Positions 56,333-64,000 of a stretch of DNA of 64,000 bases are shown piece by piece. The notes under the pieces were generated by a model. It did not search any database. It saw only the letters and a program-made list of their open reading frames with translations, and was not told where the DNA came from. The DNA is taken from sequence record MN794232.1; one strand, given 5' to 3'. How positions within the stretch are numbered: position 1 is the first letter of the stretch; each line of letters begins with the position of its first letter. The position numbers and the translations under genes are program-made.

Positions 56333-56505
56333 TAGTCTAACCCCGATTTTGTAAGTGATTGGTAGAGTGCGAAGTCGTTGACTTGCAATGAGCCATTCAA
56401 TTCCCACCCGTCGTTTAGTAGCTCTTGCACCTCTTCTTCGAATTCATCTGCGAACTCGTGACGCCGAGATACTACTTTGTATTTATGTCTAAGCCAGTTC
56501 TGCAT
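56332..56505 (-). CDS. DUF1737-like protein (57 aa; not in ORF track)
   Basis: YKVV...FEEEVQELLNDGWELNGS..YQSL; TAATG coupling. Confidence 0.6.
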   Translation of the reverse strand: MQNWLRHKYKVVSRRHEFADEFEEEVQELLNDGWELNGSLQVNDFALYQSLTKSGLD

Positions 56506-56506
56506 A

Positions 56507-56920
56507 CTACATACCTATTGCTAGTTTGAATAGAGCAGACGCTTTACCACCATCGAAAACTTTACCTGTAGCCTTTAGAGCGCCCATAAGTTTGCCCATA
56601 TCACGCATAGAATCTGCACCAGTCTCTAGCACGAAGTTAGAAACAAACGTGTCTAGATCTGAATCAGATATTTTTGCTGGTAGCAAAGACTCAAGAACAG
56701 CGTTTTCAGCGTTCAGGATGTCAACATGGTCGCCCTGTGCGTGTTCAAGTGCGAGTTTGTTGTTGTCGATTGCGCTTGAGATCACTTTGATGCAAGATTC
56801 ATCATCGTGTTTTTGACGACGGTCAAGTTCACCCATAATGACACCCAAGACAGACGCAACTGCGTTGTTGCGGTCTTTACGAGCTTGTAGGCGTGTTGCT
56901 TTGATTGTTTCGATGATCAT
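56507..56920 (-). CDS. GatB/YqeY-domain protein
   Basis: IKATRLQARK...ENAVLESLLP..DMGKLMGALK..FDGGKAS. Confidence 0.85.
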   Translation of the reverse strand: MIIETIKATRLQARKDRNNAVASVLGVIMGELDRRQKHDDESCIKVISSAIDNNKLALEHAQGDHVDILNAENAVLESLLPAKISDSDLDTFVSNFVLETGADSMRDMGKLMGALKATGKVFDGGKASALFKLAIGM

Positions 56921-57330
56921 ACTATACCACTCTCAATTTTTCTATTATCAATAATGTGTTTAATTGTGAAGCCCATTTGGCTAATGCCTTTCAAAGCTTC
57001 TTCGATGAAAGATAACACATCTTTCATGTGTTGAAAACGTGCAATCGCTAATTGAAGAGCTTCATCACCAGCGAGTGCGTATTTCATTTCACTTTTTTCA
57101 ACGATAAAATCACAAACTTCATCGTCATGCTTGCCGCTATAAAAGAGCCAGCGGTCTTTTCTCACTGCTTCCATTTTCATTTCAGCTTTAATAAGAAGCT
57201 GTCTTGCATCGGCTCTATATGCAAGCCACTTTGCATGAAGTACTGGGATTCGAATGGCTGCTGTTTCTAGTGCAGTCGTATCGATCTTAACGTCTTCATG
57301 GTATTCTGCTTTTAAATCTTGTAACTTCAT
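56917..57330 (-). CDS. uvsY: UvsY recombination mediator
   Basis: IDTTALE...LHAKWL..YSGK..GISQMGFTIKHII..RKIESG; GAGGG SD. Confidence 0.93.
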   Translation of the reverse strand: MKLQDLKAEYHEDVKIDTTALETAAIRIPVLHAKWLAYRADARQLLIKAEMKMEAVRKDRWLFYSGKHDDEVCDFIVEKSEMKYALAGDEALQLAIARFQHMKDVLSFIEEALKGISQMGFTIKHIIDNRKIESGIV

Positions 57331-57350
57331 ATAATACCCTCGCTTCATCA

Positions 57351-57496
57351 AGTATACATATCAAACGGGTTTTTGTAAACACGAATCTCACTAATACTTC
57401 TAATATCACTAAAAGCACTAATTCTACTAAGATGATGCGGAATTTTTCCGCCTCTTACCTTTTGCTTCGCGTATAAAAAAAGCCCCGAAGGGCTTT
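57351..57496 (-). repeat. composite intergenic element copy 3 (terminator, GCGAAGC, hairpin, 5 TTAG at 9-bp period, GTTTACA-17-TATACT uvsY promoter)
   Basis: CTAA on plus at 57391, 57400, 57409, 57418, 57427; hairpin GAGGCGGAAAAATTCCGCATC. Confidence 0.8.
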
Positions 57497-57497
57497 C

Positions 57498-60182
57498 TTA
57501 TTGCATTGCGTAATCAATCGCAGTGATTGTGTCTTCATAGAAGCAAGCAACTTTGACTTCAGACACGATAGGCAAAGCCCACATTGTCTGACTTTCAGTT
57601 ACAGATCCCTCATCACGATAGCGCAAGAACATCTTGGCGTGGTCTGATTTCCATCTGTAGAAGCTAACTGCGTTCGTTGTGTATGAACCAACGCCTTTTG
57701 CTGTTAAGCTACTTGGATCATCTTCAGGGTTGTAAACGCCGAAGTAGTTTTCATATTTGTCTTGGAACGCTTGATGTTGAGCATCTGTCCACGTATGCGG
57801 TAGAATGAATGCTTGCATCAGAATCCATTTTCCGTTAGCGGCTGGGAAGTTATCAACACGATCAATCGTTGCATATGTTGAAGCATCTGTCCCATCAGCT
57901 AATTTCAATGTGCTAAACGCATCAGCGCCATCTTTGACTCGACAACTAAAATGTAAATAACCCGCGTCTTTATCAATTGAGTTTACCCACAATGACAAGA
58001 AGTATGGTCTTGTCGGGTCAATATTGATTTCAGACATTTCAATCATTGATTGTGTTCCCGTAGAGCGTGTGAAACACTTCTCGCCATTCGAAAGAACATA
58101 ATTCCCCCAATGAACGTTATCTGTTTCTCTGACTGGCATATTGACATTCTCGTATAGATTCGAGTTCGAGTTGTATGCATTAAACCAGCTTGTGTCATTC
58201 ACTACGTTGCCTGATATTGGTGAATTTACAATATCTTGAGCAGCTAGACCATTTATATTCGAAATCAAATGAGGAGTTCCGCTAGGAACTGCAAACCCGC
58301 CTTTGTAAACGAGTGCATAATCGAAGTACTCTTGGTCAAGATCTGACCAAACGCCAAATGTAACTGCACCTGCTGGGACTTGAACAAAAAACTCTTGAGT
58401 TTCGAATAATTCCGATGACCCGAAGAAAATATTCTGCCTTGCAACTTCAGTGTTCACTGCATTGTACATTCTCAAGTTACACGACTTCGTACCGCCACCG
58501 ATAGCAGTAGTTCTATCAATACACGCTCTTACTTTGTAGATCAGGTATTGACCTTCAACAACACCGAAGTCAGATAGATTGTATCGAGTATCAACGGGTA
58601 CCGTATCACGTGCTAGAAGCGCGTTTCCGAATCCTGCTGAACCGATTCCGTCTTTGTCTTCGAATGCAGTATCAACAATGCTGTCGCCGTCTGACGGGTG
58701 GTCGAATATACATCGATCATATACAATACCTAAATCAGCACGACCGAATGCTGCATAACTGTAGCTGTATTGGCTGAAGTACGAACTTCCTCTATACTCG
58801 ACGGGATTGTATTGATTGATTGCAGCATCAACCGCCACATCGCCGTACATCGAACCGTTCGATACGATGATGAATATTTCATTCGTCAGGTTATTCAACG
58901 CATTGACGAAGTTTCCGCGTTCAGTTGAACTACTCAAAAGATACTTGCTGCTTGTTTTCACTGTCAAATCATCATTCATAATCAGAAGACGAATTTGATA
59001 TGCTTGTTTAGTTTCGGGCGTGAATAGACTAATATCATTCAAATAACATGATGCTAGATTCGAACTACCGTTTGCAACACCAGTAGCAACTAGACGATAA
59101 TTGTTATTCGAGAACTCGCGAATGTGTCTAGCCGCAAGTTCATATTCACCTACTCGTGATCCTACAGGCGCATAGATCCACAATTCAGTTACATTGACTG
59201 TTTGTCCGGGACCTGGCGTAGAGCCGCCCGACGCAGCTTGCGCACCGATTGCATAATACCAGTTTGAGTGATTCACTGACCCATCAGCAAGTGAGTTTGA
59301 GCCTGTGTTGTACTCAATACCACCCCAATACTGAACGTCAGATTGGATTGAAATCGCTTCGTAGCCACGAACCCCACCAGTACGAGCATCATAATCCCCT
59401 GTGTAGTTTTTAATCAACGGAGCATCGGAAATCATGAAGTTAGTCAACCAACGTTTTCCAGTTGGTAGTTTAGCAACATCTGACGTATACCCACAATACC
59501 AGTACATATTACTTGTTGACAGAGTACTAGGCGTCGTGAAACGAGCATAATGACGCTTCCATAGAATTCCATCAACTATGCGTTCATTGCCGGCTGACTC
59601 AAACACATCACCCGGGATGTGACCTAGTGTATATGGGTTTGATGCACCGTCATACCAGCGAGAATGAAACAGAGCTGCGGTATCATGATCAGTATCGACT
59701 TCATATCCAACCCAACATGACATTGTGTATGTTCGATTCGGAAGAAGTCGAGTTTGTGGAACTGAAAATACAATTTGATCGAAGATCGCCGCAGTTGGCT
59801 GTTCGACGACGTATTTTGATGACCCTGGGTTTTCTTTTTCAACAACGACCCATGATCCTGTTTTTGTCGTTTGTTCAGTAACAAATTGACCACCAGCCAG
59901 GTTACCGTTTGTCAGATACTGACCTACTCCTTTCGCTGCGAAGTTGTTACTTTGTTTCCAAATATTCGTAATGCCGACTTCAGGGTAATGCAGCTTGAAT
60001 TGGAATTTACCGTCCTCACGACGAAATTCTTCAAGTGAGTTTAACGCACTGAATTTGGCTTCAATGTCGGGATCCGTCCCGACACTTCTAGCCTCAGCAT
60101 CGGAGGTGAAAAATACACCTCCTGTAGAATCATGGCGAAAGATTAGTAACCAATCGCCTTCACGTTTAAGTCTTTCGTACAT
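57498..60182 (-). CDS. 35: enlarged gp35-like long tail fibre hinge protein (894 aa)
   Basis: Directly downstream of gene 34; central region recalls the T4 gp35/ILEI-like domain; extra N- and C-terminal beta domains. Confidence 0.7.
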   Translation of the reverse strand: MYERLKREGDWLLIFRHDSTGGVFFTSDAEARSVGTDPDIEAKFSALNSLEEFRREDGKFQFKLHYPEVGITNIWKQSNNFAAKGVGQYLTNGNLAGGQFVTEQTTKTGSWVVVEKENPGSSKYVVEQPTAAIFDQIVFSVPQTRLLPNRTYTMSCWVGYEVDTDHDTAALFHSRWYDGASNPYTLGHIPGDVFESAGNERIVDGILWKRHYARFTTPSTLSTSNMYWYCGYTSDVAKLPTGKRWLTNFMISDAPLIKNYTGDYDARTGGVRGYEAISIQSDVQYWGGIEYNTGSNSLADGSVNHSNWYYAIGAQAASGGSTPGPGQTVNVTELWIYAPVGSRVGEYELAARHIREFSNNNYRLVATGVANGSSNLASCYLNDISLFTPETKQAYQIRLLIMNDDLTVKTSSKYLLSSSTERGNFVNALNNLTNEIFIIVSNGSMYGDVAVDAAINQYNPVEYRGSSYFSQYSYSYAAFGRADLGIVYDRCIFDHPSDGDSIVDTAFEDKDGIGSAGFGNALLARDTVPVDTRYNLSDFGVVEGQYLIYKVRACIDRTTAIGGGTKSCNLRMYNAVNTEVARQNIFFGSSELFETQEFFVQVPAGAVTFGVWSDLDQEYFDYALVYKGGFAVPSGTPHLISNINGLAAQDIVNSPISGNVVNDTSWFNAYNSNSNLYENVNMPVRETDNVHWGNYVLSNGEKCFTRSTGTQSMIEMSEINIDPTRPYFLSLWVNSIDKDAGYLHFSCRVKDGADAFSTLKLADGTDASTYATIDRVDNFPAANGKWILMQAFILPHTWTDAQHQAFQDKYENYFGVYNPEDDPSSLTAKGVGSYTTNAVSFYRWKSDHAKMFLRYRDEGSVTESQTMWALPIVSEVKVACFYEDTITAIDYAMQ

Positions 60183-60190
60183 AAGTCACC

Positions 60191-63100
60191 TTAAATTGCG
60201 TGACCGAATGTGAACTCCAGCACGCCTTGATTGTTTGTTGACATTCTTACAGAGCCAACTTGAATGTAGTCTCTGTATTTAACGTTGTCACCAGTACCGC
60301 CATCTGGCGTGAACAAGTCAATTCGCTCAGATAGAGTCTTACCTGCACCAGCCGATAGAGCTTGGTGTGGGTCTGAAGCATTCACTGGGTCTGCTGTACG
60401 CACATCACTTGTTACTTGAACAATACCTGGGTTCGTACGACTTGACTTGATTAGTCGGTCGTTCGAGATCGTACCGCTCGTGATGTTCTCACCTGAGTGA
60501 TTGTGACTATTGTCGTTAACTTGCACGTTTGTAGAAACGTTTCCGCTTCCGTCAATTGTGAAGTTACCAGTCAAGTCGCCAGTGAACGTCACTGTACGCG
60601 CTGTAACCCACTTCTCAGCCGCTTTTGCTACGTTATTGATACCCAAGTACTTCTGACGAAGTGTACCTGCTGCTGGGCTTGAATAAGTCCCGTATGTTGC
60701 ATCAACGTTTGCGCTTGATTCGTTTTCAGTAACTGTGCTACCGAAAGTCGCACCACTTGCTTGTGTAGTATAACCAGACGAATTAACTTGCCAGCGAACA
60801 AAATCAGCCGCGCCTTGAATCGAGAACGTAGCAGTTGATGAAGCACCGCTTCCCCCGACGCGAATGCGGGGAGCAGAATCAAACCAATCTAGCTTAACAA
60901 TATCACCAGACGGTGCATTCTGTACTTGAAGCCAGCCACCTGCATTAATTTCGACGTTTTTAGCATTGAACGTATAAGTTCCGTTGATCGTTTGATTAAT
61001 ATCACGACGAGCAAACTGAGTACTGTCTAAACCATCTAGCAATTCTGAGTCATCAGCCTTTGCATTCAATGGCAAGTAGTTGCGCAATGCATAATGCAAG
61101 CTGTACGGCGTAACTGCATACGGTGTACGCAAGTAAGCTGTATATGCTTGAGTTGAACCGTCAGTGCTGTTACCAACGAATGTTTCTGCTGGCGTAGCTA
61201 GACGAACAACACCGAAGCGTGTTTCATCAGAACGTGAATTCGTAGAAGTACGAGTCCAACGAAGTAAGTCTTTTGGCGACACGTAAACTGGTGTGTTATC
61301 AACGCCACCGATTGTCGCAGTGTCAATTTCAGCATTTGTTGCACGACGTGCAAGACCGTATTGTGTTTCAGTTGCACGACGGCGATCAAGTGTCAATGGT
61401 GTGACAATTTTATCGGCTGCTGCTGCTGTGCCGTCCCAAGACGTACCGTTCCACGTTTGCTGAACTTTAGCTTCTGTTTCAGTCGCTGTTTCTAGAGTAC
61501 CGCGTTGCGTTGTTGTTGCAAGTGCGATTTCTAGATTGATGCCGTTCCAAATGTCACCTGTATGTGAGATACCCGATACGCCGTAACCCGCGCCTTGAGC
61601 AACGCCATCACTAGTAAAGTGATCGTATGCAAGCCATGTTGCAACTTTCAGAGGCGTAACGATACGTGTATCATCAGTCCCTGCGTCAACTTCGACTTGA
61701 GTTGCAATCTCAGCAACACCGCGACGAGATTCAGTCGCTGTACGACTGTTTAATGTCTCAGGTGTAACGAACACAGTTGTCCATGCTTCACCTGTTCCGC
61801 TGATTGCGTTTGTTTCAGCTTGAGTTGCTGAACGTGCAATACCGCGAATTGTTGAGCTTGCTTTCCACGCTGCTAATTTCTTAGGCGTGATGATTGCATC
61901 ATCAACTGTTGAGTCGTTTACACGAAGCTCAGTGCTCTTAGCAACCCATAGAGTACCAGGTTGGTTCTCAGTAGCTCGATATTCATCAAGCATTTTCGGA
62001 GTTACAATGCGAAGATGATCAGTTTTGTCATATACAGTATCAACAACACCGTTAACTGTTCTATCAGAACGCATATTTGCAGTAGAAGCTACTGTGCCAT
62101 TAGCGTTAATGTTGTTTGACGCCTTGACAAGTTCTGCAACGCCTGTTAAATTCTCTTCCGCTTGCGCAGCATGAAACTTCTTAGGCGTGATCACTTGCAC
62201 ATCGTTAGTTGTGCTACGTGTTTCAGTCTGTGTCGCAATTTCAACAACACCGCGACGTGTTTCAGTTGCTGTACGAGCGTTCAAGCTTCTCGGCGTGATC
62301 ATGATGTCATGACGGAATGCACTATCTGGGTAGCGAACTAACGCGCCAGAACGTGATTCTTCAAGTGCTTCATCAACACCAAGAGTTGCGATACGAGCCA
62401 TACCGACTTGATCTTCGGCTGCACGACGTGCATCTAAAGTTTCAACGGTAATTACGTGATCTTTCAACGGACTCTGATCAGCCCATGGTTTTGCAACATC
62501 TTCTGGATGTGCATATTCAATGCCGTGAGCTAGAGCCTCAGTTGGGTCAGCTAGTGGCACGATACCCGGACGTTTGCGGTGAAGTTCATCTGCAATGTCG
62601 ATACGAGTTGCAATGTTACCGAATGACCATACTTTACGAGTTCCGTCATAGTACAGTACGAATGAGTAACCGCTGTCATAGTCGCTAATATCGAACGATT
62701 CTACAAAGAATGGAACGAAATCGACGTAATGACGATATTTTTGATAACGGTAAGTCTCGAAGTCCAAGAATACTTTGTATTCATCTGGGCCGTGACCTGG
62801 GTCATCATCACCGAAATTCGGGTGAACTTGAACTGTTACAGGTTTGTGTGCAGTCTTGTTGTGTGAAATCTCGATCCAGTCACCATCAACTGGTTTTTCT
62901 GGTAGCGTGATTGTCATTGCACTAACTGCATCAGCGATTTCAATCGCGTAACGAGTACGTGGTTTTAGCGTAACTGCACTTGATTCACCCACATAGTTCC
63001 ACAAATGCGGGTTGTTCGCAATAGTGATAACCCAAACGCCAGTGCCGTTGTCATCAATAAACGTGATGTCAGCTCCACCGATTGTGTCTAAGCTGATTAC

Positions 63101-63961
63101 TGCACTGCGTTCACCTGAAACAGGGTCTTGAACAACCTGACCTACTGCTGTTGGTCGAACGCCGATTTGAATTGTCGTTTGACTTTCAAGATATGCAACA
63201 TCTTTAAGATGAATTGTATCACCCACGTTCGGGTGTAGCGGTAGAGAGATCGCGATTGTTTTTACTGAACCTTCGTATGTGACAGTTTCACCTACGTTCG
63301 TAAAGTAACCACCAGTAGTTAGATAGCCGCCTTGTTGACTCGGATGGCTGTCATCTAGGTACGTGTGGTATAGTTGCTGTTCAATTTGATACGTCCATGC
63401 AATCCCGTTGTACACAAGATAAATTGTACTGTTCGGGCGATTGAATGATAGACTTGCATCAGATTGAATTCCGCCATTAATGCCATACGACTGAATAGTT
63501 AGACCGCCTGCTGCTGCAATCGTACATGGGTAAGTCGATAAGATACCGCGCCCATCTTTGATTGTAACAGTATCGCCGGTTAATGGCGTTTCTGGTAGTG
63601 TAATTGTAATTGCTGAACTAGCTGTCAGCAATAAGAAGTCACCTACGTTTGCACCAACTGAAGAATCTGTATCTTCCCACTCTGGGTCGGTACGCATCTT
63701 CTTCCACTTCTGTGGGTCAAATGGTTCGGGCGCGGTGATTTCAATGATGTTTTTGTAGAGACGTTGGTTAAATTCAACGATGAAATCTACTTTGTAGTGC
63801 GCTCGTGATGGATCATACTCTTGAACAGTGTTTTCATCAATGAAGTAGCCTTGGTTAATACCGTCGAGCAATTCATCTACTCGTGGGTTTGCTACGTTAA
63901 TTACATTTTGACCACTTGCATCAAGACCTGACGCACGAAATGCTCTGCGGAATTCCGACAT
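60191..63961 (-). CDS. 34: gp34 long tail fibre proximal subunit (1256 aa)
   Basis: RRAFRASGLDASGQNVINVA, ATETRRGVVEIATQ fibre repeats, YRDYIQVGSVR C-terminus. Confidence 0.95.
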   Translation of the reverse strand: MSEFRRAFRASGLDASGQNVINVANPRVDELLDGINQGYFIDENTVQEYDPSRAHYKVDFIVEFNQRLYKNIIEITAPEPFDPQKWKKMRTDPEWEDTDSSVGANVGDFLLLTASSAITITLPETPLTGDTVTIKDGRGILSTYPCTIAAAGGLTIQSYGINGGIQSDASLSFNRPNSTIYLVYNGIAWTYQIEQQLYHTYLDDSHPSQQGGYLTTGGYFTNVGETVTYEGSVKTIAISLPLHPNVGDTIHLKDVAYLESQTTIQIGVRPTAVGQVVQDPVSGERSAVISLDTIGGADITFIDDNGTGVWVITIANNPHLWNYVGESSAVTLKPRTRYAIEIADAVSAMTITLPEKPVDGDWIEISHNKTAHKPVTVQVHPNFGDDDPGHGPDEYKVFLDFETYRYQKYRHYVDFVPFFVESFDISDYDSGYSFVLYYDGTRKVWSFGNIATRIDIADELHRKRPGIVPLADPTEALAHGIEYAHPEDVAKPWADQSPLKDHVITVETLDARRAAEDQVGMARIATLGVDEALEESRSGALVRYPDSAFRHDIMITPRSLNARTATETRRGVVEIATQTETRSTTNDVQVITPKKFHAAQAEENLTGVAELVKASNNINANGTVASTANMRSDRTVNGVVDTVYDKTDHLRIVTPKMLDEYRATENQPGTLWVAKSTELRVNDSTVDDAIITPKKLAAWKASSTIRGIARSATQAETNAISGTGEAWTTVFVTPETLNSRTATESRRGVAEIATQVEVDAGTDDTRIVTPLKVATWLAYDHFTSDGVAQGAGYGVSGISHTGDIWNGINLEIALATTTQRGTLETATETEAKVQQTWNGTSWDGTAAAADKIVTPLTLDRRRATETQYGLARRATNAEIDTATIGGVDNTPVYVSPKDLLRWTRTSTNSRSDETRFGVVRLATPAETFVGNSTDGSTQAYTAYLRTPYAVTPYSLHYALRNYLPLNAKADDSELLDGLDSTQFARRDINQTINGTYTFNAKNVEINAGGWLQVQNAPSGDIVKLDWFDSAPRIRVGGSGASSTATFSIQGAADFVRWQVNSSGYTTQASGATFGSTVTENESSANVDATYGTYSSPAAGTLRQKYLGINNVAKAAEKWVTARTVTFTGDLTGNFTIDGSGNVSTNVQVNDNSHNHSGENITSGTISNDRLIKSSRTNPGIVQVTSDVRTADPVNASDPHQALSAGAGKTLSERIDLFTPDGGTGDNVKYRDYIQVGSVRMSTNNQGVLEFTFGHAI

Positions 63962-64000
63962 TTCATTGCTCCTTTGTTTAGATATGCAATTCGCTATGTT

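Noticed and set aside
63700-63830. CBM5/12-like segment at the gp34 N-terminus
   Set aside because: T4 gp34 has the same segment, so it is a standard feature.

Overview
About 64 kb of a T4-like myophage genome, roughly 42% GC by eye. Gene order, MCP sequence, the lysozyme-less gp5 and the phage CCA enzyme point to the KVP40-like Vibrio phages (Schizotequatrovirus). From 3.4 to 64 kb lies the virion morphogenesis block: 57B/57A/1/3/29/51/26/54/2/4 (minus); 48/53/27/5/5.1/5.4/25/6-12/wac/13-23 (plus); cca, two inh paralogues and a cluster of probable internal head proteins; uvsW, uvsY and long tail fibre genes 35 and 34. The first 3.4 kb is the promoter-proximal end of a minus-strand tRNA/ncRNA operon and is the most unusual part. 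It holds one canonical tRNA-Met(CAT) and four tRNA scaffolds (Asn, Thr-like, fMet-like, Pro-like) that each carry a related 41-50 nt structured module on the 5' side of the anticodon. It also holds a 240-nt RNA with tmRNA-like architecture but no Ala identity, two other closed structured RNAs, and two tandem 55-nt pseudoknot repeats with compensatory changes. Elsewhere, a composite intergenic element (terminator, hairpin, TTAG array with 9-bp period, promoter) occurs three times and is a candidate replication origin. All family assignments come from recalled motifs and synteny; no database search was run.
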